Shown: positions 9,252 through 18,804, counted from the first letter of the stretch. The stretch: 60,892 nt of DNA from Thermoplasmata archaeon (GCA_030041175.1 JASHOK010000052.1:1-60892), one strand, 5' to 3'. The notes: generated from the sequence alone by a model not told the origin. Made by a program: numbers and translations.

Positions 9252-9635
9252 ATGCAGGAGAACCGGCTCGGATTCCTGTTTGGCGTGCTCGCCGCCGTGA
9301 TGCTCTTCCTCGACGTGCTGCTCACGATCATCCTCGGCGTCTCGGACGTCGTGGTCCGGGGATTCCACGCGGCCACTTTCGTCGGGGCCCTCACGCACGG
9401 AATCCTGGACATTGTGTTCGGCCTGCTCTTCCTCGTCTTCGCCGCGGTCGGTGGCCGGCCGCCCTGGAACTACCAGCAGGGGCGTCCGCAGTCGGATCAC
9501 TCGCTCGCCGCCGGCGTCATCCTGATCGTGCTCGCGATCGGGACCTGGTACATCCTCGGTCTGGGGCTGCTGTCCGCGCTCGCCGGGATCTTCGGCCTGA
9601 TCGGCGGTATCCTGCTGGTGCTCTACCGCCATTGA
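9252..9635 (+). CDS. 4-TM membrane protein, unknown function
   Basis: 127-aa ORF with four clear hydrophobic helices and GC3-rich codons. Confidence 0.6.
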   Translation: MQENRLGFLFGVLAAVMLFLDVLLTIILGVSDVVVRGFHAATFVGALTHGILDIVFGLLFLVFAAVGGRPPWNYQQGRPQSDHSLAAGVILIVLAIGTWYILGLGLLSALAGIFGLIGGILLVLYRH

Positions 9636-9673
9636 GCGGGCTGCTTTAACTCGCATCGGCGGTGTCCCGGCGC

Positions 9674-10306
9674 ATGGGTCGTCGTTTCGTCGCGCAGCGT
9701 CGCGCCGACCCGTACTACCGGGCCGCGCAGGCCGAGGGCCTTCGATCCCGGGCGGCGTTCAAGCTCGCCTACTTTGCCGACCGGTTCCCGATTTTCCGTC
9801 CGGGGGATCGCGTGCTCGACCTCGGCGCCGCGCCTGGGGGCTGGTCGCTCGTTGCGGCCGAACGAGTCGGGCCGCGGGGCTCGGTCGTCGCGGTGGACCC
9901 TCGAACGATCGAGCCGATCCCCGGGGTGACCGTCGTGCACGGGACGGTCGGGTCGCCGGATCTCGTCGGTCGGCTCGGGGGTATACCGTTCGACGTCGTG
10001 CTGTCGGATATGTCGCCCCGGATCAGTGGGGCCTACGCGACGGACCATGCGCGCAGTGTCGAACTGGTGCTGGGGGCCTGGGCGCTTGCCCAACACGTGC
10101 TGACGCTGGGCGGCCGCCTCGTCGCGAAGCTCTTTGACGGCGACCTGCTCGCCGACACCGAGGCCCGACTTCGACCCTCGTTCGACCAGCTGCGTCGGAC
10201 GAAGCCCCCAGCCTCCCGAGAGCAGTCCTCGGAACTCTACCTGCTCGGGTTCGGGTTCCGACCCGAGGCCGTGGACACCGAACGGTCCCCGGTGCGGAAC
10301 CGATGA
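9674..10306 (+). CDS. rlmE: 23S rRNA 2'-O-ribose methyltransferase RlmE/FtsJ
   Basis: LRSRAAFKLAYFADRFPIFRPGDRVLDLGAAPGGWSLVAAE and VVLSDMSP motifs. ATG 9674 preferred; alternative GTG 9662. Confidence 0.85.
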   Translation: MGRRFVAQRRADPYYRAAQAEGLRSRAAFKLAYFADRFPIFRPGDRVLDLGAAPGGWSLVAAERVGPRGSVVAVDPRTIEPIPGVTVVHGTVGSPDLVGRLGGIPFDVVLSDMSPRISGAYATDHARSVELVLGAWALAQHVLTLGGRLVAKLFDGDLLADTEARLRPSFDQLRRTKPPASREQSSELYLLGFGFRPEAVDTERSPVRNR

Positions 10307-10953
10307 GCGCCTCCTGGCAAGACCAGGCATCGGTGATGGTCCGCCGGCTCGGTCCGGTCGACCCCCGTGTCGCGGAGGCGATGCGCCAGGTTCCCCGGGA
10401 CCGATTCCTTCCGCCGGCGCTCGCGTCGGAGGCGTACGAGGACACTCCGCTCCCACTCGGCCGAAGCGGGTCGACGATCTCGGCGCCGCACATGGTCGCC
10501 ATCCAGCTCGAATGGGCGGAGCTCGCGCTGGGTCTGCGGGTCTTGGAGCTCGGCTCCGGGTCGGGCTACCTCGCGGCCCTCGCGGCAGACCTGGTCGGCC
10601 CCACGGGGCACGTCGAGGGGGTCGAGCTCGACGCGGAGCTCGCGGAGCGCTCGATCGGCACGTTGATCGAACTCGGATACCGGGACCGGGTCTCGATCCA
10701 CGCAGCGGATGGTCGGTACGGGTGGCCGGCCGGGGCCCCGTACGACCGGATCCTCGTGTCGTTCGCGACGCCGGAGGTCTTTCCGGAGTGGACACGCCAA
10801 CTGCGTACGCCGGGCGTGCTCGTCGCCCCGGTCGGTCCGGCCTCTGGGCAGGTGCTTCGCCGCGTGCGTCGGGGGGCCGCGGGCGATCGCGCGGAGGACG
10901 GTCCGGAGTGCATTTTCGTGCGCCTCGCGCAGCCCGTCGCACGACCTAAATAG
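10303..10953 (+). CDS. pcm: protein-L-isoaspartate O-methyltransferase
   Basis: VPRDRFLP...AYEDTPLPLG...TISAPHMVA...VLELGSGSGYLAA. ATGA overlap with rlmE. Confidence 0.9.
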   Translation: MSASWQDQASVMVRRLGPVDPRVAEAMRQVPRDRFLPPALASEAYEDTPLPLGRSGSTISAPHMVAIQLEWAELALGLRVLELGSGSGYLAALAADLVGPTGHVEGVELDAELAERSIGTLIELGYRDRVSIHAADGRYGWPAGAPYDRILVSFATPEVFPEWTRQLRTPGVLVAPVGPASGQVLRRVRRGAAGDRAEDGPECIFVRLAQPVARPK

Positions 10954-11000
10954 ACCCTCATAATACGGGGTCCTCCCCTGATTTCCGGATTTGGTCAATT

Positions 11001-12170
11001 GTGATCCGTTTCGGGCCGGCCGGTATACCGCTCTCCTGCAAGGGGAGGACTCTGCGGGACGGCATTTCGGACGTGCACCATCTCGGCCTGACGGCGATGG
11101 AGGTCCAGTTCATCAAAGTCAATCCGCTCACGCGGGTCGTGCTCGAAGAGGAGGTCGGCAAGCTCCCGTTCGAGGTGCCGACCCAGCTGATGGTCGAAGT
11201 GGGCGAGACCACCCGGGAGGCGGCGGACCCCGCGGCGCTGAAGACTCCGCTCAAGCGTCGGCAGAACGTGACCAGTCTCACCTGGAGCCTCGCGAAGGAT
11301 TACGCGGACCTGGCCCAAACGCGGGCCCTGGCCCGGGCCCTCGATGTGCGGCTAAGTCTGCACGCACCGTACTACGTGGATTTCTTCGGCAGCGAAGAGG
11401 CCCGGGACCGGAGCATCCGGCAGATCCAGTGGGCCGGACTCCTTGCCTCCGGCCTCGGGGCTGGCCTGAACGTCACGCACCTGGGCTTCTACGGCGGGGG
11501 CTCCCGCGCCGACAGCGTGCACGAGCTGTCCCAGCTGGCGCGTGAGCTCGAGTCCTGGCTCCAGCGGGTCACCGACGGCCAGGTCCACCTTGCGGTGGAG
11601 CCGAGCGGCCATCCGGACGTGTTCGGCTCCCGCGAGGAGGTCCTCGAACTGGCGCATCAGGTCCGCGGGATCGTTCCGGTGCTCAATCTGCCGCATCTCG
11701 CGGCCCGGGAGCGGACCGCCTTCAGCGATACCGTGCAGCTGCAGGCCCTCGTGGATCAATTCGTGGAAGCGAGTCGGGGAGACCTCTATCTCAACTTCTC
11801 CGGCGTCGAGTTCTACGGCCCGACGGAGTTCCGGCTCACGCCGATCAAGCGGGGCCTCGTCCGGTTCGACAATCTGGCCGAGCTCCTCGCGGAGCGAGAC
11901 TACGACGTCACCGTGATCTCGAGTTCTCCGCTCCTCGAGCACGACGGGATGTATCTCAAGCTGCTCTACGAGCGCGCCCTCACCCGTCGCTGGACCAAGA
12001 AGCATGCTCCTCCGCCTCCCAAGGCACCGGTCCCGCCCCCCAAGGTGACCGCTCCGGTCAAGAAACCGGCTCCGCCGGCTCGACCACCGGCCCGGCCCGT
12101 CGCCCGTCCGCGTCGGCCGGCGGCACGGGCCAAGCGCCCCTCCGGAAAGAGGACCCGTGGCCGCCGGTAA
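11001..12170 (+). CDS. xylose-isomerase-like TIM barrel / AP endonuclease family 2-like protein with basic Pro-rich C-terminal tail
   Basis: MIRFGPAGIPLSCKGRTLRDGISDVHHLGLTAMEVQF, LSLHAPYYVDF and VEPSGHPDVFGS resemble endonuclease IV/TIM-barrel proteins. The last ~55 aa are KPAPPARP-type low complexity. Confidence 0.6.
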   Translation: MIRFGPAGIPLSCKGRTLRDGISDVHHLGLTAMEVQFIKVNPLTRVVLEEEVGKLPFEVPTQLMVEVGETTREAADPAALKTPLKRRQNVTSLTWSLAKDYADLAQTRALARALDVRLSLHAPYYVDFFGSEEARDRSIRQIQWAGLLASGLGAGLNVTHLGFYGGGSRADSVHELSQLARELESWLQRVTDGQVHLAVEPSGHPDVFGSREEVLELAHQVRGIVPVLNLPHLAARERTAFSDTVQLQALVDQFVEASRGDLYLNFSGVEFYGPTEFRLTPIKRGLVRFDNLAELLAERDYDVTVISSSPLLEHDGMYLKLLYERALTRRWTKKHAPPPPKAPVPPPKVTAPVKKPAPPARPPARPVARPRRPAARAKRPSGKRTRGRR

Positions 12171-12729
12171 ATCCCAGGACGAGTCGTCGTTCAACCACTC
12201 GCAGTCGTACGTCGCGCGACGCGTGTCCGAGGCCCTCTCCCAGATTCCGGCCGAGGTTGTGACGCGCGCCGTAGAGATCCTGCTGAAGGCTCCCGAGATC
12301 TTCGTGTACGGCGCCGGCCGCAGCGGCATCATCGGGCGAGCCTTCGCGATGCGCCTCGTTCAGGTCGGCCTCGCGGCGTTCGTGATCGGGGAAAGCACGA
12401 CTCCGATCGTGCGTGCCGGCGACGCGGTCTTCATTCTGTCCGGTCGGGGAGAGAGCCAGTCCAGCATCCAGACCGCCAACATCGTTCGACGCGAAGGAGC
12501 TCAGCTCATCGTGCTCACCGGCCGGTCGACCTCGAAGCTCGCTCATGCCGCGAACCTCGCGATTCCCCTCGAGTTTCCGGAGGATGCGGAGCAGCCACGG
12601 CTGGCGCCGCTCGGGACCTTGTTCGAATCGGCCAGTCTACAGTTTACCGACGCACTGATCACGTCGATCATGCGGGCCCGGGGCGAGAGCGAAGACTCGA
12701 TGCGGCGCCGCCACGCGATCATGGTGTAG
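12157..12729 (+). CDS. hxlB: SIS-domain protein, 6-phospho-3-hexuloisomerase-like
   Basis: IFVYGAGRSGIIGRAFAMRLVQVGLAAFVIGESTTP...DAVFILSGRGESQSS...AQLIVLTG. Confidence 0.72.
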   Translation: MAAGKSQDESSFNHSQSYVARRVSEALSQIPAEVVTRAVEILLKAPEIFVYGAGRSGIIGRAFAMRLVQVGLAAFVIGESTTPIVRAGDAVFILSGRGESQSSIQTANIVRREGAQLIVLTGRSTSKLAHAANLAIPLEFPEDAEQPRLAPLGTLFESASLQFTDALITSIMRARGESEDSMRRRHAIMV

Positions 12730-12772
12730 CCCTTCGCCCAACCCTTAAGCCTCCTCACGGGTCCGGGGCGCC

Positions 12773-13276
12773 GTGCCGCGTCGACCGGTTGCCTCTCCGA
12801 CGACCTCCCTGGTCCCGATCCCGACGCGATTCTTCGTCACCAGTGGCAAAGGCATCAACAAGGTGAGCGAGCTCAACGCCTTCGACCTCGCCCTTCTGCA
12901 AGCCGGGATCGGGGAGCAGAATCTGGTCTCGGTCTCCTCCGTGCTGCCGATCGGCATTCGGCAGGTGGACCGCGAGCGGCTGCCCCGGGGGTCGATCACG
13001 CACGCGGTCCTGGCCCGCCAAGGTGGCGGTGAGGGTGAGGTGGTCAGCGCGGGTATCGCCTACGGGTTCCGGACCGACGGCGAGGGAGGGTACGTGGCCG
13101 AGGGCCACCTCAACGGTACCCAGAAGGCCCTCAAGGAGTTCCTGAAATGGCGGATGGAGGAGATCGCCCACTTCCGCGGCGTGGAGCTCAAGCGGATCAA
13201 CTTCCGGACCGAGGAGCTCTCGATTCCCATGGACCACTACGGCGTCTGCATCGCGGCGTGCGTCTTTCTGCCCTAG
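12773..13276 (+). CDS. pdaD: pyruvoyl-dependent arginine decarboxylase
   Basis: PTRFFVTSGKGINKVSELNAFDLALLQAGIGEQNLVSVSSVLP, including the self-cleavage Ser-Ser context. Confidence 0.88.
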   Translation: MPRRPVASPTTSLVPIPTRFFVTSGKGINKVSELNAFDLALLQAGIGEQNLVSVSSVLPIGIRQVDRERLPRGSITHAVLARQGGGEGEVVSAGIAYGFRTDGEGGYVAEGHLNGTQKALKEFLKWRMEEIAHFRGVELKRINFRTEELSIPMDHYGVCIAACVFLP

Positions 13277-14106
13277 TCCGGCCGATACCCGCCGCGGCGC
13301 TGCAGCTGATCGAAGACGAGGTAGGCGCCGGCCTCGATCCGGTGGAACCCGAGCTTTTCTGCGACACGCTGGGAGGCCCGATTGCCACTCCCCGTGCTCC
13401 AGATCGGCGTCAAGCCCTCTGCCTGGATCGCGGAGCATACGACCGCTGCGGCCGCTGCGGAGTATCCCCGGTTTCGAAACTCAGCGAGGGTGTGAACGCC
13501 GACGTCCGCGTAGCGGGGATTCCGGGCACTCTCGACCGCCACCGCGACGAGGTGGCCTCGCCCGACAACCCCCGCTACGATCCCGGTGGCGAGCAGCTCC
13601 TCGAGCGACGCGTAGCTGTTTCCCCACACCGGCGGCGAGTAGTTCGCGACCAAGGGAAGGTCGGGGACCGTGAGCCGTCGGGCGGCCGGCGTGGGACGGA
13701 CGACGGGAGCCTGGTCCAGCACGTAGAACAGATCTCCCATCTCCCGGCCCGGAAGCCGCAGCTCGCGCTCCAGCATCGGCCGGAGTTGCCGCACCGCCTC
13801 CGCGGTGCCGTTCACACAGTACCACCCCGGGATTCGGGAGAGGATCCTCCAGGCGGCCTCCGGATCGGAACCCCAGACCTCGGGTTCCCCCGGGGTTCCC
13901 CAATGCTCGTCCACAACGGCATCGGGGTCCTCGACGGTTCCCGCCAGAAACACTCGGTCCCGTCCGCGTCGGAGGCCGGCGTACGGAATGACGAACTGGG
14001 GAGTGAGGGGCAACCGGTGCGCCAGGTCCGTCATGGTCCCCGGATCGAGGGGAGTAAGGTCGCGTACCTCCGGGAACGGCGGATAGGGAATCGCGGTCGG
14101 GGGCAT
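13273..14106 (-). CDS. GNAT-family acetyltransferase-like protein
   Basis: C-terminal HTLAEFRNRGYSAAAAAVVCSAIQAEGLTPIWSTGSGNRASQRVAEKLGF is a GNAT acetyl-CoA-binding core. Start trimmed to the Met at 14106, because the upstream part of ORF 13273..14508 overlaps the SCP2 gene. Confidence 0.65.
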   Translation of the reverse strand: MPPTAIPYPPFPEVRDLTPLDPGTMTDLAHRLPLTPQFVIPYAGLRRGRDRVFLAGTVEDPDAVVDEHWGTPGEPEVWGSDPEAAWRILSRIPGWYCVNGTAEAVRQLRPMLERELRLPGREMGDLFYVLDQAPVVRPTPAARRLTVPDLPLVANYSPPVWGNSYASLEELLATGIVAGVVGRGHLVAVAVESARNPRYADVGVHTLAEFRNRGYSAAAAAVVCSAIQAEGLTPIWSTGSGNRASQRVAEKLGFHRIEAGAYLVFDQLQRRGGYRPD

Positions 14107-14123
14107 TGGAGCACTCGCCCCCG

Positions 14124-14462
14124 CTACAGGAGCTTGCGGAACAGAAGTTTGTCCTCGAGCGAGCCCTGGATTTCCAGCTTCCGGGTGACGAGCGCCTTCA
14201 TCGGGCCGATCTCCTTGTGGACGAGGCCGAGGAACGTCGCGGTATCGGTCCGAATGGTGAGGTCGGTCTTCGTGGAGTTCCCCGTCCGGAGTCCACCGAG
14301 CGCGCCGTCCTTGAGCTCGAGCAGATAGTGATCCCCGTCGGAGAAGTGGATCGCGATGCTCCGCTGGAGACCGGCCAGCTCGGAGCGGACCGCCGGGGTC
14401 TGTGCGGCGTGCCGATTGAACCGGTCGACGAGGGACGCCAGCGTCTCTTCGATCACGGCCAT
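14124..14462 (-). CDS. SCP2 sterol-carrier-like domain protein
   Basis: 112 aa. IAIHFSDGDHYLLELKDGAL...TIRTDTATFLGLVHKEIGPMKALVTRKLEIQGSLEDKLLFRKLL is typical of SCP-2. Confidence 0.75.
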   Translation of the reverse strand: MAVIEETLASLVDRFNRHAAQTPAVRSELAGLQRSIAIHFSDGDHYLLELKDGALGGLRTGNSTKTDLTIRTDTATFLGLVHKEIGPMKALVTRKLEIQGSLEDKLLFRKLL

Positions 14463-15115
14463 TCTCGGTCGAGCGTTTGGAGTGAGCCTCGCGGTTTAAG
14501 CCTTTCAACCGTGCTCCAGGAATAGCGCAGCCAGTTCACCGGCAGCGCCCGCGACGACAGGTGACCCGAGACCAAGGCTTGGGTACGTTGGTCCGAGGGA
14601 TAGCCACTGCCGCATTCCACGCCCAGCTGACGTCGGAGCCGGTCCATCGCCCGGTCCCGGCAGACCTTGGCGACCACGGAGGCGGCAGAGACTACCGGGA
14701 CGTCCCGGTCGGCCTTGTGACGCGAGATGACCCGCGCGTGGGTCCGGGCGAGCGTCTTGACCCGGCGCCCGAACCGGTCCGCCACGGGGTCACACGCATC
14801 CACGAACACCTCCCGAGCGTCGGTCATCCGGATCAATCGGGCGAAGGTGTGCGCCTCGAGCAGGTTGAGCTTGCCCTGCCGAACGGCCACGTCGATTTCC
14901 GCGGGCGGAATTTCGAGCGCGATCTGGTCGCCCACTGCTTTGAGCGTGTCGAAGAGCGTCTCTCGGCGGGCGCGGGTCAGAAGCTTCGAGTCCCGTACGC
15001 CCAGGGGCCGGAGTTCTTCGAGACGACTCTCCTCCGCTAGAAAGCCGCCGACCACCAGCGGCCCGAGGACGCTGCCGCGTCCGGCCTCGTCGATCCCGAG
15101 CACCTTGGAAGGCAT
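14453..15115 (-). CDS. rnhB: ribonuclease HII
   Basis: VLGIDEAGRGSVLGPLVVGG, VRDSKLL and DACD motifs. Start trimmed to the Met at 15115. Confidence 0.9.
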   Translation of the reverse strand: MPSKVLGIDEAGRGSVLGPLVVGGFLAEESRLEELRPLGVRDSKLLTRARRETLFDTLKAVGDQIALEIPPAEIDVAVRQGKLNLLEAHTFARLIRMTDAREVFVDACDPVADRFGRRVKTLARTHARVISRHKADRDVPVVSAASVVAKVCRDRAMDRLRRQLGVECGSGYPSDQRTQALVSGHLSSRALPVNWLRYSWSTVERLKPRGSLQTLDREWP

Positions 15116-15209
15116 TACGGAGGGAAGGCGGGCCCTCCCGTATCTCGGTTCCGTCGTTGGCTGTCGTTTCGGGCAAACCATTAACGCGCCTGTCCCGGCT
15201 TGACGGCAG

Positions 15210-16103
15210 GTGGCGCTCGATGGCCTCGCGGTCCCGGTCGTGACCATCTTCGGCGAGTCCGGAGAGGTCGACCTCGGTCAGAACGCCCGGTTCACGCGCG
15301 CCCTGTGCGATGCGAAAGTCGACCACATTTTCGTACTCGGAACGACCGGGGAATTCCCTCTCGTGACGTCGACGGAGCGGGCGGGTCTTGTCGAGTCTGT
15401 GATCGAAAGCCTGGGCTGGCACACGGACGCCTGGGTCGGATGCGGGGCGCCGGCAACTCCTCAGGCGGTGGCGAATGCGACCGCGGCCGAGGAAGCCGGC
15501 GCCGCTGCCCTGGTCGTGGTTCCGCCCTACTACCTCTCCCCGACCGAGGCGTCGATCAAGCGCTACTACCGGGCGATCAAGGCGGCCGTCGGAATTCCGG
15601 TCCTCGCGTACAATATTCCGGCCCACGTCGGGTACGCACTCTCCCCGTCCCTGGTGCACGAGCTGGGCCGAGAGAAATGCCTGGCCGGAATCAAGGACAC
15701 CTCCGGATCCCTGGATTCGGTGCAAGGCTTCCTTCACGAGGCACCCAACGACTTCGTCGTTCTGCCGGGGGACGACGCGCTGGTGGCGAGTGCGATCGCC
15801 GCCGGAGCGCCGGGGGCGGTCATGGGTTCGGCAAATGTCGTTCCTCGACTTGCTCTGGAACTGGTCGCCTCCGCACGCCAAGGAGACCGTGCGCGGGTGG
15901 AGGAATTGCAGACGGCTCTTCGGGCCCTCCTGGTCGCGCTCGAGGCCGGGCCGTACCCTGCGGTGATCAAGTACCTGGCCCACCGTCTTCGGGGATCGGA
16001 CGTCGGCTACCGCGAACCGTACGGCCCCCTGACCGCCGACGAGAGGGCCCGCGTCGATGCGGCCCTCGTACCGGCCGAGCCGCTGCTCCGTCCATATCTC
16101 TAG
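15210..16103 (+). CDS. DapA/DHDPS-family aldolase, probably 2-keto-3-deoxy-(phospho)gluconate aldolase
   Basis: FVLGTTGEFPLVTSTER, VVVPPYYL and AGIKDTSGS (Schiff-base Lys context). Assignment is helped by the adjacent glucose dehydrogenase-like gene. Confidence 0.75.
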   Translation: MALDGLAVPVVTIFGESGEVDLGQNARFTRALCDAKVDHIFVLGTTGEFPLVTSTERAGLVESVIESLGWHTDAWVGCGAPATPQAVANATAAEEAGAAALVVVPPYYLSPTEASIKRYYRAIKAAVGIPVLAYNIPAHVGYALSPSLVHELGREKCLAGIKDTSGSLDSVQGFLHEAPNDFVVLPGDDALVASAIAAGAPGAVMGSANVVPRLALELVASARQGDRARVEELQTALRALLVALEAGPYPAVIKYLAHRLRGSDVGYREPYGPLTADERARVDAALVPAEPLLRPYL

Positions 16104-16110
16104 GGGGCCG

Positions 16111-17202
16111 ATGCACGCGTGGGTCGTGAATCCGCCGGTATCGGGAGTTCACCTGGAGAAGGTGCCAGACCCGGCCCCCGGACCGGACGAGGTGAAGGTG
16201 CGCGTACTCGAATGCGGTCTCTGCGGGACGGACCGGGAGATCGTCGCGGGGCGCTACGGCTCTCCGCCCCCCGGCCGGAAGGGGCTTGTGCTCGGCCATG
16301 AGAACTTCGGCGAGGTCGTGGAGGTTGGCCGATCGGTCCAGGACCTCCGCGTCGGCGACGAGGTGGTGGCCACGGTCCGTCGGGGCTGTGGCATCTGCCG
16401 ATTCTGCCGGACCCAGCGATCCGATTTCTGCGAGACCGGTCTCTTCACCGAACGCGGGATCAAGGGCCGCGATGGCTATCTTGCGGAGTTCTACGTGGAT
16501 CGGCCGGAGTATCTCGTACGTGTGCCCCGACCGCATCGGTTGAGCGCGGTGCTCCTGGAACCGCTCAGCGTCGCCGAGAAGGCGGTTCAGCAGGCGAAGC
16601 GAATATTGGACCGCAGCGAGCTGACTCCCGGCTGCGATGCGGGTCGGCCGCGGAAGGCGCTCGTCGTCGGCACGGGCGCGATGGGGATGCTCTCCGCCCT
16701 GGTGCTGGCGGCGGAAGGGTTCGAGGTCACGGCGATGGACCCTCGGGGGGAGAAGACGTCGGCCAGTACGGTCCTGTCCGGGATCGGAGCGAAGTACCGG
16801 GACGGCTCCCCCGGCCTGTCGGTGCTCGGGTCGGAGCGCTTCGACCTCGTCCTGGAGGCCGCCGGCTCGGCCGCCCTGGACTTCGAACTCACGACCCTTC
16901 TGGCTCCGAACGGATGCCTGTTGCTCCTCGGGTTACCGGGGGACATTGGGAAGCCCTTTCCGCTCGCGGGAGGAGAGATCGTTCAGCGGCTCGTACTGCA
17001 GAACCAGGCCATCGTCGGATCGGTGAATGCGAATCGGCGCTACTTCGAGCTGGGCCTCCGGCATCTCACCGCTTTCCGGCGCCGGTGGGGTACCGTGGCC
17101 GAGCAGCTCGTGAGCCAGCGACTTCCGTGGACGGATTTCGAGTCCGTAGTGACCGGTCGCCGGCCCTCGGGCATCAAGTGCGTGCTGACCATCGGCGGCT
17201 GA
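16111..17202 (+). CDS. zinc-dependent MDR dehydrogenase, glucose 1-dehydrogenase-like
   Basis: VKVRVLECGLCGTDREIVAGRYG, LGHENFGEVVEVG and CGICRFCRTQRSDFC (structural Zn Cys cluster). ATG 16111 lies inside ORF 16057..17202. Confidence 0.78.
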   Translation: MHAWVVNPPVSGVHLEKVPDPAPGPDEVKVRVLECGLCGTDREIVAGRYGSPPPGRKGLVLGHENFGEVVEVGRSVQDLRVGDEVVATVRRGCGICRFCRTQRSDFCETGLFTERGIKGRDGYLAEFYVDRPEYLVRVPRPHRLSAVLLEPLSVAEKAVQQAKRILDRSELTPGCDAGRPRKALVVGTGAMGMLSALVLAAEGFEVTAMDPRGEKTSASTVLSGIGAKYRDGSPGLSVLGSERFDLVLEAAGSAALDFELTTLLAPNGCLLLLGLPGDIGKPFPLAGGEIVQRLVLQNQAIVGSVNANRRYFELGLRHLTAFRRRWGTVAEQLVSQRLPWTDFESVVTGRRPSGIKCVLTIGG

Positions 17203-17283
17203 GCGTCTCGCCGGGCGATTTCGCGCGGCAAACCGTAAATAGCGTACCCGGCTCGAAGCGCTCTCCCCGAGATCGAGGAACCG

Positions 17284-17682
17284 ATGGGACTCTGGCAAGG
17301 CCGATCGCAACGGAAGCCGTCGGGCGGACGCCTGCGACCGTTCCGGAAGAAGCGGCGTTTCGAGATCGCGCGGGAGATGCAGTTCGCGACGATCGGTGGT
17401 GGATTCGTCAAGAAGTACCGGGTGCGCGGAGCCAATCGAAAGCTCCGGGTGCTGACCGCTTCCTCGATCAACGTTTACGATCCCGCGACCAAGAAGATCC
17501 AGGTCGCGAAGGTCCTCACGGTCCGCGAGAACAAGGCGAATCCGAACTACGTCCAGAGGAATATCATCACGCGAGGCGCACTGGTCGAAACCGACCTCGG
17601 ACTCGTCGAGGTCCGATCCCGTCCCGGACAGGACGGAGTGCTCAACGGGATCCGGGTCGCCAAGGCGCCGACCCCGGCCTGA
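17284..17682 (+). CDS. rps8e: 30S ribosomal protein S8e
   Basis: MGLWQGRSQRKPSGGRLRPFRKKRRFE...RVRGANRKLRVL...NPNYVQRNIITRGA. Confidence 0.92.
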   Translation: MGLWQGRSQRKPSGGRLRPFRKKRRFEIAREMQFATIGGGFVKKYRVRGANRKLRVLTASSINVYDPATKKIQVAKVLTVRENKANPNYVQRNIITRGALVETDLGLVEVRSRPGQDGVLNGIRVAKAPTPA

Positions 17683-17701
17683 ATCGGTCCGCCGCTCAGC
17701 G

Positions 17702-17998
17702 ATGCCGGACCACGTCTACGTTTACCCGGCGTACCTGGCTAAGGACGGCTCGCGCGCCGACGGACGCCGTGTCCCGGCGGCTCGGGCCCCGCCGTCGGCC
17801 ACGGTCGAACAAATTCTCGCAGCCGCCCAGTCGCTCGGACTTCGGGCCGAAGCCGAGCCGGATCGAGGCTACCCGCGCGAGGGCCGTTCGGAGGCGGGGC
17901 GCGTGAAGGTCACGAAGAAAGCGGGGCTGACGAAGACCCGCATGCTGCGGATGCTCGCGGACGAAATCCGGAAGACGGGAACCCCCCCGCCGCGGTGA
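17702..17998 (+). CDS. srp19: signal recognition particle protein SRP19
   Basis: VYVYPAYLAKDGSRADGRRVP... at the size (98 aa) and in the context typical of archaeal SRP19. Confidence 0.82.
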   Translation: MPDHVYVYPAYLAKDGSRADGRRVPAARAPPSATVEQILAAAQSLGLRAEAEPDRGYPREGRSEAGRVKVTKKAGLTKTRMLRMLADEIRKTGTPPPR

Positions 17999-18002
17999 GC
18001 CC

Positions 18003-18797
18003 ATGGACGACGCAGCCACCGTCTACTTCACCGGGACCGCCGGTGCCGGCAAGACCTCCCTGGTTCAAGCGTTCCAGGATTGGCTCGACCACCAGGGACA
18101 CGACGTCGTGACGGTGAACCTGGATCCCGGCACCGAAGCCGGAGGCTTCGAGCCGGACGTCGACATCCGGGACTGGGTGCGGCTACCCCAGGTGATGCAG
18201 GAATACGGACTCGGGCCGAACGGAGCTCAGGTCGCCGCCGCCGACATGATCGCCCTCAAGATCTTTGAGGTGAAGCAATCCCTGGACGGGTACAAGGCCC
18301 AGTACGTTCTCGTCGATACCCCGGGCCAGTTCGAGCTCTTCGCGTTCCGGGAATCGTCCAAGGCCATCGTGGATGCTCTGAGTGGCGACCGGTCGCTCCT
18401 CGCGTTCCTCTTCGACCCGGCCCTGGCCCGTCGAGCCTCCGGCTTCGTGTCGCTGCGAATGCTATCGGCAACCGTGGAGTTCCGCTTCCGCCTGCCCCTG
18501 ATCAACCTGCTCTCCAAGAGCGACGTGCTGACGCCCGACCAGCTCGAGGAGGTGCTCGCCTGGAGCGACGACCCGATGATGCTGAGCGACGGCGTAGGGC
18601 AGGAGCTTCCCACGCCCGACGTCCAGCTGTCGACCGAGCTGTTCCGGGCCATGGAGACGATGGCGCCCCAGTCCTCGCTCGTCCCGACCTCCGCGACGGA
18701 ACAGAAGGGACTCGACCTGCTCTACGAGGCGATCGAGCGGGTCTTCAGCGGGGGGATCGGGGAAGAGACGCTTGAGCCGGGCGACGAACCGGAGTAA
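18003..18797 (+). CDS. GPN-loop GTPase
   Basis: P-loop GTAGAGKTS, GPN motif (EYGLGPNGA) and VDTPGQFELF. Confidence 0.85.
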   Translation: MDDAATVYFTGTAGAGKTSLVQAFQDWLDHQGHDVVTVNLDPGTEAGGFEPDVDIRDWVRLPQVMQEYGLGPNGAQVAAADMIALKIFEVKQSLDGYKAQYVLVDTPGQFELFAFRESSKAIVDALSGDRSLLAFLFDPALARRASGFVSLRMLSATVEFRFRLPLINLLSKSDVLTPDQLEEVLAWSDDPMMLSDGVGQELPTPDVQLSTELFRAMETMAPQSSLVPTSATEQKGLDLLYEAIERVFSGGIGEETLEPGDEPE

Positions 18798-18804
18798 CGT
18801 CCCG

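Noticed and set aside
9623-10998. Minus-strand ORFs 9623..10942 (439 aa) and 10237..10998, and plus-strand ORFs 10134..10949 and others
   Set aside because: They overlap rlmE and pcm, both of which have diagnostic SAM-MTase motifs. The alternatives are Arg/Pro/Gly-rich.
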